From Acidimicrobiaceae bacterium (GTDB lineage Bacteria > Actinomycetota > Acidimicrobiia > Acidimicrobiales > Aldehydirespiratoraceae): a stretch of DNA of 64,000 nucleotides. The stretch lies in contig JAPPMP010000028.1 of assembly GCA_028819005.1 (NCBI GenBank), forward strand, positions 685 to 64,684. The letters run 5' to 3'. Under the pieces are notes generated by a model that saw nothing but the letters and a program-made list of their open reading frames with translations, was not told the origin of the DNA and ran no database searches. Shown piece after piece: positions 1-8,437 of the stretch (positions are counted from its first letter, which is position 1; the number at the start of each line of letters is the position of its first letter). The translations under genes and the position numbers were made by a program.

Positions 1-227
1 TCGTTGCGGGGCACCCGCACGATCGGGCTTGACCCACCCAACAAGATGGCCTGGATCGTCGACACCGAGTCGGCGAAGTCGAGCGGGCCGTGCTGGGTGT
101 CTACGCAGACATAATCGAAACCGCATCGTGCTGTGGCTTCGGCTGTCACGGTGCTGGGGATGGCCAGCCAACCTCCGAGGGTGGTTTTGCCTTCCCGCCA
201 TTGGTCGCAAATGTTGGTAACGGTCAT
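1..227 (-). CDS. HpcH/HpaI-family aldolase, N-terminal part (runs off the window start; absent from the ORF track)
   Basis: Manual minus-strand translation from ATG 227 (alternative ATGs at 233 and 248): MTVTNICDQWREGKTTLGGWLAIPSTVTAEATARCGFDYVCVDTQHG...PIVRVPRN. GFDYVCVDxQHG and VRVP are typical of this family. Confidence 0.85.
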   Translation of the reverse strand, partial: MTVTNICDQWREGKTTLGGWLAIPSTVTAEATARCGFDYVCVDTQHGPLDFADSVSTIQAILLGGSSPIVRVPRN

Positions 228-317
228 GGGCATGGGTCTATCAGCCATGGCGTGACTTCATACGGGTTCGCAGCGATCCCGGTGCAATACTGGGCTGGTG
301 AGGAGCGTTGATCGGCC

Positions 318-1676
318 ATGACAATCGTGCGCGGCACCGTGGTCACAATGAATCCCGACCGGGAGATCATCGGCGACGGCGCCGTCGTCATCGCCGGCGA
401 GACCATCGTCGCGGTCGGCAGCTTCGACGAATTGAGGGCGGCTCATCCCGACGAGAGCGTTTCGGGCCGCGATGGTGACCTGGTCCTGCCGGGTTATGTC
501 AACGGCCATCAGCACCTGACGGGCGACCGGCTGGTCCAATCATCGATTCCCGATGATCTGCCTTCCGGTGAGGCGATCTTCTCCTGGGTGGTTCCGGTCC
601 ACGGCGAGCACGGTCCCGATGACGACGAGCTCTCGGCCACGCTCACTCTCGCCGAGTCGCTGAGCAACGGCATCACCACGACCTTCGAAGCGGGGACCGT
701 CGCTCATCCGGACCGGGTCGTGGCCGCCGCCCAGACCGTGAGAGCCAGAGTGATCGTGGGTACTTGGGGATGGGACGTCGACGAGGGGCCGTATGCAGGC
801 TCGGTCGATGAGGTGATCGCGCGTCAGACAGCCGCTTTGAACCTAGAGACCGGGCCTCTCGTATCGACATGGGTGAGCCTTGTCGGGCACGACTTGATGT
901 CGGATGAACTGGTGGTGGCTGCCGGCGAGTTGGCTCGTGCACGGGGGGTCGGCATGACCTTTCATCTGTCCCCCACGACCAGCGACGTCGACAGCTATCT
1001 CGCTAGAACCGGTGTGCGACCCGTGGTCCACCTTGCGGCGCTGGGAGTACTGGGTCCCCATGTGGCTGTTGCCCATGGGGTGCACCTCGATTCGCAGGAA
1101 GTGGCGTTGCTGGCAGACAGCGGGGCCGCGGTCGTGTCGTGCCCTTGGGCCTACCTGCGTCTCGGTCAGGGAGTGACCCGCGAGTTCCGTCATCTTGATC
1201 TGTGGCGTGAAGGCGGCCGGTTGGCGCTGGGTTGCGACGCCGAGAACGCCGGCGACATGGTCGATGGCATCCGCACGGCGGCGTTGTTTGCAGGGCTGGC
1301 GAAGGACGCTGCGGTAGACCCGGCGATCTTCGGAGCCCACGACGCGCTCGAGCTGCTGACCATCGCGGGAGCGGAGGCCCTCGGCATGTCCGACCAGATC
1401 GGCTCGCTCGAGGCAGGCAAGCAGGCCGACATCGTGGTTCACGACCGGTCTCGAATCGAGTGGATTCCCCAGAGTCCCGACCCGGTCCTGCAACTGATCT
1501 GGGGCAGTGACGGCAGATCCGTGAGAGACGTTTACGTAGCGGGTGAACCGGTAGTCGCCGGCGGCCGAGTGCAGACCGTCGATGTCGCCGGTCTGGCTGA
1601 AGAAGCCCAAGACGCCGGCCGATCCCTGCGGGCCCGCAGCGGCGTCGAAGCAACCTCCCGCTGGCCGATCAGTTGA
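318..1676 (+). CDS. Amidohydrolase-superfamily metallohydrolase (MtaD/AtzA-like)
   Basis: PGYVNGHQH metal motif, AHGVH, LGCD, GSLEAGKQADIV. Confidence 0.9.
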   Translation: MTIVRGTVVTMNPDREIIGDGAVVIAGETIVAVGSFDELRAAHPDESVSGRDGDLVLPGYVNGHQHLTGDRLVQSSIPDDLPSGEAIFSWVVPVHGEHGPDDDELSATLTLAESLSNGITTTFEAGTVAHPDRVVAAAQTVRARVIVGTWGWDVDEGPYAGSVDEVIARQTAALNLETGPLVSTWVSLVGHDLMSDELVVAAGELARARGVGMTFHLSPTTSDVDSYLARTGVRPVVHLAALGVLGPHVAVAHGVHLDSQEVALLADSGAAVVSCPWAYLRLGQGVTREFRHLDLWREGGRLALGCDAENAGDMVDGIRTAALFAGLAKDAAVDPAIFGAHDALELLTIAGAEALGMSDQIGSLEAGKQADIVVHDRSRIEWIPQSPDPVLQLIWGSDGRSVRDVYVAGEPVVAGGRVQTVDVAGLAEEAQDAGRSLRARSGVEATSRWPIS

Positions 1677-1721
1677 TCGAGATGTATTCAACCTCATTCG
1701 ACACGTACAGCGCGTTGAAGT

Positions 1722-2156
1722 TCAGGCCAAGGTGTCGGGGTTGTGAATGAAAGGGTTCACGACATGTAAGCCATCCAGCGTCTGGCCGTCTTGAAGGTCT
1801 TCGGTGAGCAGGTGACTGCAACCCATCGATTGAGCCGCAGCGACAATAAGGGAATCCCAATACGACAGGCCGTATCGATCCTCGACGGCCCACACAGAAT
1901 CCAGCAAGGCATCATCCAGCGGGACCAAAGGCCACTCCTGCAAGTCGTTGACGTCGGATCGCGCATCGTCGACAGGGAGCCCCGGGCGGAGTTTGCGAGT
2001 CACGGTGACGTAGAACTCGTTGAGGGCTTGAACGCTTGTACACCCGGATTTGGTCTCCCAGAGCCGAGTCATCCACTCTTGGGCCCGCTCTTGCTTGTCG
2101 GGTTCGGAGGCATCTCGCAGATACACCAACACGTTGGCGTCGACGAAAGTCCGCAT
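1722..2156 (-). CDS. PIN-domain (VapC-like) toxin
   Basis: FVDANVLVY, QALNEF, SYWDSLIVAAA, LLTEDLQDG. Confidence 0.9.
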   Translation of the reverse strand: MRTFVDANVLVYLRDASEPDKQERAQEWMTRLWETKSGCTSVQALNEFYVTVTRKLRPGLPVDDARSDVNDLQEWPLVPLDDALLDSVWAVEDRYGLSYWDSLIVAAAQSMGCSHLLTEDLQDGQTLDGLHVVNPFIHNPDTLA

Positions 2157-2165
2157 GGGCGACCC

Positions 2166-2396
2166 TTATCTCTGGTGCAGGTCGTCGCGGGTCGGGTATC
2201 GCTGGCCGGGTGTTCCCAGCGGGACCGGTTTTCGACTCAAGTACGACTGCTGGGCTCGTTCGTAGGCGTCGGGTTCGGTCATCAGGTCGCGAAGGACTTC
2301 GCTTACGAATCGCGAGAGGCTCTTGTCGCGGCGGGCTGCTTCAACGCGTGCCCATCGTGCCGTTTCGTCGTCGAGGCTGATTGTCACATTTCTCAC
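2166..2396 (-). CDS. CopG/RHH-type antitoxin (VapB-like)
   Basis: MRNVTISLDDETARWARVEAARRDKSLSRFV, C-terminal PTRDDLHQR, directly upstream of the PIN gene. Confidence 0.85.
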   Translation of the reverse strand: MRNVTISLDDETARWARVEAARRDKSLSRFVSEVLRDLMTEPDAYERAQQSYLSRKPVPLGTPGQRYPTRDDLHQR

Positions 2397-2529
2397 GAAA
2401 TCACGATATCACGGTTTCTGTGAAACCGGTCACAACACGGGCCGTTTGGCTTTGCCGGGGCGACCTCTGAGGCTCAAGGTGTGTGATGACTCGATCCGCA
2501 CCCTGTGTCTCGGAAGTGATCCAACCGAG

Positions 2530-3088
2530 TCACTGTTTGGTTATCTCGTTGAGGCTCTTGTAGACGCCGCGTGCATCGGCGATTGTCGCGTCGAGCACCA
2601 TGCGATACCTGCCTGGTGGGGCGGAACTCAAATCGAAGCCGCACAGTTCCCCGCTCCGCCGCGATCCTGCCACTTCCTGCCAGCCCGAACCGTCGTCTCG
2701 TTCCCACCATGCCTCGTGGTAGCCGTACTCGCTGTCGTTCAAAGTGAAGGTGCTAGCGACGATGCATCCGCCTAAGCCTACGCGATTGGTGATGCCGCTG
2801 AGCCCAAGCTCCAGAGACCCGTCGTCGAATAACACGAGTCCGAAGAGCACCTCGTAATCGAGTGCCGGAACCGTGGTCGTCGTGGTAGTCGTGGTAGTCG
2901 TGGTAGTCGTCGATTCCTCAGGTTCCGGTTCTGCGGTTGTGGTTGTTTGCTCTGGTTCCGTCTCGGTCTCAGCGGAAGGTTGCGACATGTTGTCGCCGTC
3001 GTCACCGCACGAGGCAGCGAAGACGGCAAACAAGGCCAGCTAACGATGCAAGCAGCAACCGCAGGGGGGTGTTGGATTCGACTGTCAT
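2530..3088 (-). CDS. Lipoprotein with Thr/Glu-Pro-rich linker; signal peptide interrupted by an apparent 1-nt frameshift near 3043
   Basis: Lipobox FAASC-GDDG and a poly-Thr linker in ORF 2530..3033. An AAGGAG RBS with ATG at 3088 encodes MTVESNTPLRLLLASL in an adjacent frame. Confidence 0.7.
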
Positions 3089-3353
3089 CTTCGCTCCTTG
3101 GGTTGGTCAGTCAGCTCGTCGTGGGTCCGACGTCGCTCGCTGGGTGTTCTCGACGTGGGCGGTTGTCGCGGTGGGGCCCGAGGCGGGGCGGGTGGTTGTC
3201 AGCGGAAACGGGAGATGGGTCATCAGAAATCCTCGGTTGACTCTATCGGCACAAGTTCGCTGCGGCAACTACCAGTTCCACTATAGTCAAATGTCAAATT
3301 CTTGAGAGCCCGCCCAACCCCAGGGTGCAAGACCTCGAACAAGACGGTCGCGT

Positions 3354-4742
3354 CTACAGCACGGGCCATTTGGCCTTGTCGGGGAGGCCGGAGCGGGTCG
3401 TGATCGCTTCGCCGGCGAGCTGGGCTTGGGCGTAGAGGGCCTGTTCGTCGATGGTTGTCATCTGTCCGTTCTCCACAACCTTGGCGCCGTCGACGACGAC
3501 CGTGTGCACACCGCGTCCGTCGGCCGACCAGACGAGCTGGTTGGCGACATTGAGCAGCGGTCGCCACTCGGGCCGGTCGGCGTCGTGCAACACCACATCG
3601 GCGAGCTTTCCGACTTCGAGTGAACCGATTTCATCAGACATCTGCATCAACTCGGCACCGCCGACGGTTGCCATCTCGTAAGCCTTCTCTGCGGGGAACA
3701 TCTGCGGGTCCTGCCGCCCATCTTTGAACAACCCCGCCACGAGATAGGTGGCGCGCATCAAATCGGAATAGTTCGACGCGTTGTTGCCGTCGGTGCCGAT
3801 ACCGAGGTTGATCCCGGACTGCACCATCTCGGGCATCTTGCCGACCTGGGTCACTCCGTAACTGACCTTGAGCGCTGTGGTCGGGCAATGGGCGACATGC
3901 ACGCCCGTCTCGGCCATGATCTGGATCTCGTTGTCGTCCACCTGCACGCAATGAGTCATGGCCACATCCGGCCCGAGCACGCCGAGCTGCGCCAAATGCA
4001 CCATGGGCCGGTGACCGAACTCGGCGACGAAGCCCTCAGGATCGAGCTTCGCGGGCGACATGTGAAAGCTCAGCCCGACATCGTGGTCGGTGGCCAGTTC
4101 CCGGGCGGCCCGCCAGAGCGGATCGGAGCAGGTGGTGTGCCCCACAAGCAGCGACCAGGCGCTTATGCGGTTCTCGGCCGCAGCGGGGTGGCGCTCGAGT
4201 TGTTGCTGCAGGTTGGCGATGGCCTGATCGGTGTCCTGCTTGTAGACGTCGGGTTCGGGCGGCAGATCCCAGACCCATTGGCCCACCCGCCCCCGGATCC
4301 CGACTTCCTCGAGGCCGTCCACTACTTCGTCAAGGAACCGGATCGTGCCCGCCTCCAGAAAGGCAGTGGTGCCGGATTTGAGCATTTCGGTGGCCGCTAG
4401 CTGGGCGGACAGCCGTTCCTCGGCAGCGTTGTACATGGAGTACAGCGGGCACAGCCACATGAAGACGTTCTCCTCAAAGGGCGTGTCGTCGGGGACGTAG
4501 CCGCGGGTCAGGGGTTCGCCGGTTATGTGGATGTGGGAGTTGACCATGCCCGGGGTGACCACGAATCGGTCGCCTCCGATGGTCTCGGTCGCGTGATATC
4601 GCGTCTCGAGTTGGCTGGTCTTGCCGACCGCCACGATTTCGCGCCCGCGGACTGCCACGGCGCCGTCGTGAATGACGTCACGGGTCCGGTTCATGGTGAC
4701 GACGTAGTTGCCTTTGATCAGCAGGTCGATGTTCTCGGTCAC
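3354..4742 (-). CDS. Amidohydrolase-superfamily metallohydrolase (paralog of 318..1676)
   Basis: PGMVNSHIH, THCV, IGTDG, GSLEVGKLADVV. Start moved to GTG 4742 (VTENIDLLIKG). Confidence 0.9.
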   Translation of the reverse strand: MTENIDLLIKGNYVVTMNRTRDVIHDGAVAVRGREIVAVGKTSQLETRYHATETIGGDRFVVTPGMVNSHIHITGEPLTRGYVPDDTPFEENVFMWLCPLYSMYNAAEERLSAQLAATEMLKSGTTAFLEAGTIRFLDEVVDGLEEVGIRGRVGQWVWDLPPEPDVYKQDTDQAIANLQQQLERHPAAAENRISAWSLLVGHTTCSDPLWRAARELATDHDVGLSFHMSPAKLDPEGFVAEFGHRPMVHLAQLGVLGPDVAMTHCVQVDDNEIQIMAETGVHVAHCPTTALKVSYGVTQVGKMPEMVQSGINLGIGTDGNNASNYSDLMRATYLVAGLFKDGRQDPQMFPAEKAYEMATVGGAELMQMSDEIGSLEVGKLADVVLHDADRPEWRPLLNVANQLVWSADGRGVHTVVVDGAKVVENGQMTTIDEQALYAQAQLAGEAITTRSGLPDKAKWPVL

Positions 4743-4767
4743 AGTTTCAACGTAGCTGGGTTGAGCT

Positions 4768-5031
4768 GTGTCCGTCAGGCTCGCCGAGGGGTTCATCGAC
4801 CATGTGGTTGGTGTGAGCCAAGCTGAAAGCGACATGGTTCTCAAATTCCTTCGTGAACACGTCGCCGATGTTTCGTTGCATTGCCGTTGGCAGTGGCAGA
4901 ACGGTGACCTTGCCATATGGGACGAACGCTCAACGCTGCACCGCGCGGCAGCCGACCACTTTCCCCAACGCCGTATTGTCCGCCGCCTTGAGATTGACGG
5001 TGACCGCCCCTACCTCGACCCGACCGGTTGA
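4768..5031 (+). pseudogene. C-terminal remnant of a TauD/TfdA dioxygenase
   Basis: RWQWQNGDLAIWDERSTLHRA...RRIVRRLEIDGDRP matches the TauD C-terminus. The N-terminal HxD region is absent and there is no room for it upstream. Confidence 0.8.
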
Positions 5032-5046
5032 CACTTGCAATCACCG

Positions 5047-5074
5047 TTGACAAATGACAACGCAGTAATACACT
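5047..5074 (+). promoter_or_regulatory. Putative housekeeping-sigma promoter facing the 3' end of the NYN gene
   Basis: TTGACA (5047-5052), 16-nt spacer, TACACT (5069-5074) in an AT-rich patch. Confidence 0.5.
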
Positions 5075-5114
5075 TATGTTGCATAACCCCTCTCCTCCTT
5101 CGTGGGGAGAGCTC

Positions 5115-5152
5115 GAGGCCCACCCTCAGGGGTGGGCCTCTGTACTTTTCTT
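5115..5152 (+). terminator. Intrinsic terminator-like hairpin
   Basis: Perfect 11-bp stem GAGGCCCACCC-TCAG-GGGTGGGCCTC followed by TGTACTTTTCTT. Confidence 0.6.
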
Positions 5153-5851
5153 CCAAACCTTGGGACGTTCCACGTAGCCTTTCGCTAGAGCCACCCGATC
5201 CTGCATCTGGCAAGAAGGGAGTATTTCCCTCCGGAGCGGCCGAGCGCTTGTTGCTTCCCTCTGCAGTTCCCGGTTTACGGACGTGGCAGGGCTAATCACA
5301 TCGACGGTGTGACCAGCCTCCACGACGAGCTTGACCGCAATCTTGAGGTCACCATCGTTGGTCACCAGGATGGCGCGGTCGCAAGCCTTGGTATGGAAGT
5401 CGTTGACAAGATGTGTGGCCATAGCAACGTCCGTGAACTTTTCTTCTGGGACTTGAACACGGACCTTGAGCGGTCGCTCCGAACGAGCTTCGCTCCGATC
5501 AAGCATCCAGGCGGTCATTCGATTTGGGGAAGGGCGAAATCGGTCTTGCCACGAAAGGCGCGGAGCAACTGATCTCCACTTCAACGGCACCTGAAACTTC
5601 CCCTCGAAGACCTCTACGCCGGGAGTTGCCTGGATCGCTCTGATCAACACGCGATGCCGTCCGGGTGCTTTGGCGTCTTCAGATGCACTAGATGAGATCT
5701 GCGCAGTGAAGTACTTCACGGTTACGAGTTGGTCGCTGGCAGATATCAATTTTCTTCCGAACGCTGCCAGATCAAGCCACTTGTAATCTGTGTGCCTGAG
5801 AGCACCGTAATACAGGTTCAGACCATCCACGTAAACTGTTGTCCTAGTCAT
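5126..5851 (-). CDS. NYN-domain (LabA/DUF88, PIN-like) protein
   Basis: VYVDGLNLYYG, VKYFTA, EEKFTDVAMA, LVTNDGDL. Confidence 0.9.
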   Translation of the reverse strand: MTRTTVYVDGLNLYYGALRHTDYKWLDLAAFGRKLISASDQLVTVKYFTAQISSSASEDAKAPGRHRVLIRAIQATPGVEVFEGKFQVPLKWRSVAPRLSWQDRFRPSPNRMTAWMLDRSEARSERPLKVRVQVPEEKFTDVAMATHLVNDFHTKACDRAILVTNDGDLKIAVKLVVEAGHTVDVISPATSVNRELQREATSARPLRREILPSCQMQDRVALAKGYVERPKVWKKSTEAHP

Positions 5852-5906
5852 AGAGTCGAATCATGACATACGCTTTTCGCAAACCCCGCGAACGGGCGCG
5901 ATTGCG

Positions 5907-7448
5907 TCAGGTCGGTTCGGGGAAGCGGAATCGGGGACCTGCTTCGGCCCAGTCCATGTTGTCGCGGACGTATTCGCTGGCACCGTCGCGCACGGGTGTG
6001 AAGTCCCAGGAGTAGTGGCCGTCGATGGTCATCGCCGCGTGAAGCATCCGGCGGCTCCGCTGGGAGACCAGAACCCGCTCCCGTATGGCGTCGCTGTCCC
6101 ACCGCTGGGCGGTCTCTTTGGCGAAGCTTGCGGCTAGTTCGGCATGCGCGGGGTCAGCGGCGAGGTTGTTGCGTTCGAGGGGGTCGGCTTCGATGTCGTA
6201 CAGCAGTGCGGGGTCGCTGTCGCAGTGGATGTACTTGTGCCGGCCCCGGCGGATCATGAACATCGGTTGAGAGGTCATCTCGCCGGTGTATTCGGCGATG
6301 GTCTCGTCTATGGGGTCGTGCCCACCGGTTGCGCTCTCCCACAGGCTTCGCCCGGCCAGAGGGGTGACCGGTTCGATGCGGCCATCGCCGCTGCCGGCAT
6401 TGTCAGTTGAGGCGCCGTCCGCCGAGATGTCGAGCAGGGTGGGCAGCAGGTCCATGAGCGAGCAGACGTTGCCGACCGTTCGGTTGGCCACGTCGGGACC
6501 GGCGATGATCAGCGGGACCCGCAGTGACCGTTCAAAGAAGCTCATCTTGAACCACAGTCCCCGGTCGCCGAGCATGTCGCCATGGTCGCTTGTGGCGATC
6601 ACAATCGTGTTGTCGATCTGTCCGGTCTCTTCGAGGACTTTGACCAACTGCCCCAGCCAGGAGTCGAAGTAGCTGGTGTTGGCGTAGTAGCCGTGGCGGG
6701 CGTTGCGGCATTGCTCGTCGGTGTAGCCGATGGCGTCGGCCTGAATGCCGTGGCGGATCCTCAACGTGTGGGGGTCGGGTGAATCGAACCCGTTGTCTGG
6801 AAGGTCGATGTCGTCGTGGTCGTAGAGGTCCCACCATTCGGGTCGGGCCACATAGGGATCGTGGGGGTGGATCATGGCGGCCGCTAAGAACCACGGCCGT
6901 TCGTCGGCTTCACGGGCGAAGTCGTAGAGCTGGCGTGTCGTCGAGAAGCCGACCTCTTCGTCGTAGTCGATCTGGTAGGTGGCCAGCGCTTGACCCGCCT
7001 CCGACAGGCTGTCCATGTTGTGGTACCACTTGTCGATCCTGTCGTCGGCTTGGTCCCAGTTGGGCGTCCAGGCGAAATCGGCGGGGTAGATGTCGGTGTT
7101 GAGGCGGCGCGTGAATCCGTGGAGTTGGTCCGGGCCGATGAAGTGCATTTTCCCGGTCAGCACGGTGCGGTAGCCGGCGAGATTGAGATAGTGGGCGAGT
7201 GTCGGTACCCGTGCGGGGAACTCGGCGGCGTTGTCCCATGCGTCTATCGCGGTGGCCGGTTGGCCCGACAGCATTGAGAACCGTGAGGGCGCACAAAGCG
7301 GGAAGTTGCAGTACGCCGCGTCGAACCGCGTGCCCCGTTCGGCGAGGGCGTCCATCGCCGGTGTGCGAACCAATCGATGGCCGTAGGCACCGGTGAAATG
7401 CGGCGCCAACTGATCAGCCATCACCATCAGAATGTTGGGCTGTTTCAT
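5907..7448 (-). CDS. betC: Choline sulfatase
   Basis: PNILMVMADQL, sulfatase motif CAPSR, WDNAAEF, GKMHFIGPDQLHGF, TDIYPADF, WYHNM, HPHDPY. Confidence 0.9.
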   Translation of the reverse strand: MKQPNILMVMADQLAPHFTGAYGHRLVRTPAMDALAERGTRFDAAYCNFPLCAPSRFSMLSGQPATAIDAWDNAAEFPARVPTLAHYLNLAGYRTVLTGKMHFIGPDQLHGFTRRLNTDIYPADFAWTPNWDQADDRIDKWYHNMDSLSEAGQALATYQIDYDEEVGFSTTRQLYDFAREADERPWFLAAAMIHPHDPYVARPEWWDLYDHDDIDLPDNGFDSPDPHTLRIRHGIQADAIGYTDEQCRNARHGYYANTSYFDSWLGQLVKVLEETGQIDNTIVIATSDHGDMLGDRGLWFKMSFFERSLRVPLIIAGPDVANRTVGNVCSLMDLLPTLLDISADGASTDNAGSGDGRIEPVTPLAGRSLWESATGGHDPIDETIAEYTGEMTSQPMFMIRRGRHKYIHCDSDPALLYDIEADPLERNNLAADPAHAELAASFAKETAQRWDSDAIRERVLVSQRSRRMLHAAMTIDGHYSWDFTPVRDGASEYVRDNMDWAEAGPRFRFPEPT

Positions 7449-7584
7449 ACCCGCGACACTACTACTCAGGGCTCCCACACGGACGGCGCTTCGAGCCTGA
7501 TTATGTCAGCCACCGGCCCTAGACCTGTCACTTGTATTTTCGCAAATAGTTGGACTTGAAACATGGAGACCCGAATTACGGAAC

Positions 7585-8433
7585 TCAGATCTGCGAAATA
7601 TTGCCGAAAATGGCAGCGACCCAATTCCACGTGGTCTCGCGAAAGCGTTGGGCCTCCCTTTTCGTAGTGTTCCATTTCTCGGCAAGCTGCGCCCAGGCGA
7701 CCTCATCGGGCAGTTCCCTGGTACGAAGAACGTCCGCAATCGCGGCTGAGGAAAGTAGTTCGGTACCGACGATGGAGTCGAACGCACTCCGATCCAAACC
7801 CGGCGGTACGTTCAGTGCTGATAGGTCAAGCGCAGCTCTATGTCGCTCGTCCTCGGAGACCACCAGCGCTTCGTCGCCGCAATAGGCAAGCCAGACATGC
7901 GCAGGTTCACGCGTCATCGGTCGCCAACCATCCGGGTCCTGCGACTGAGCAGCCGAAGTCGCCGTGATCTCAGAATGTTCGAGTTGCTTCCAGTGCTCAA
8001 ATTCGCGGTCTGTCACGTCTCGGGCGCCACTCAAGAGCTCCCTTTCAAACTCCGCGGAATCGAAACCGAAGCCAGGCTCATGGAGGATCTCCACGTTGGA
8101 CGTATGACCGTAGCCCATACCCGTAGCTGTGAGGTTTGCGGAACCAACTAGCACGGAATCCTCAAACCGAAAGTACTTCGCATGCAGACGTTGGTTGAGC
8201 AGGAATCGCCCACCCTTGTCTACGACGTGGGTGCGACAATTGATGTCAGATGTGCCCACGATAATGTCTGCTAGCTGCCACCGGGTTACGCAAGTCAGAT
8301 GCACATGTTCTGAGAGGAGACCCAATACCCGAAGGAGAGTGTCTTCTTTGATGTACGGAGCTACAAGCACGGCGTGGTCTGCGTTGCGAGCAAGCCGTTC
8401 TAAGGCAGCCCATGGGCTTTCTTTCTCGGACAC
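7585..8433 (-). CDS. PLD-superfamily (single HKD-like motif) putative nuclease with uncharacterised C-terminal domain
   Basis: LVAPYI and LHAKYFRFEDSVLVGSANLT. Last gene of the 7-gene operon. Confidence 0.8.
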   Translation of the reverse strand: MSEKESPWAALERLARNADHAVLVAPYIKEDTLLRVLGLLSEHVHLTCVTRWQLADIIVGTSDINCRTHVVDKGGRFLLNQRLHAKYFRFEDSVLVGSANLTATGMGYGHTSNVEILHEPGFGFDSAEFERELLSGARDVTDREFEHWKQLEHSEITATSAAQSQDPDGWRPMTREPAHVWLAYCGDEALVVSEDERHRAALDLSALNVPPGLDRSAFDSIVGTELLSSAAIADVLRTRELPDEVAWAQLAEKWNTTKREAQRFRETTWNWVAAIFGNISQI

Positions 8434-8437
8434 GGTC

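Noticed and set aside
29-311. Plus-strand ORFs 29..220 and 90..311
   Set aside because: They are shadows of the minus-strand HpcH aldolase, which has clear family motifs.
2870-2912. (GTC/GTG/GTA)n trinucleotide run
   Set aside because: Encodes an ordinary poly-Thr lipoprotein linker.
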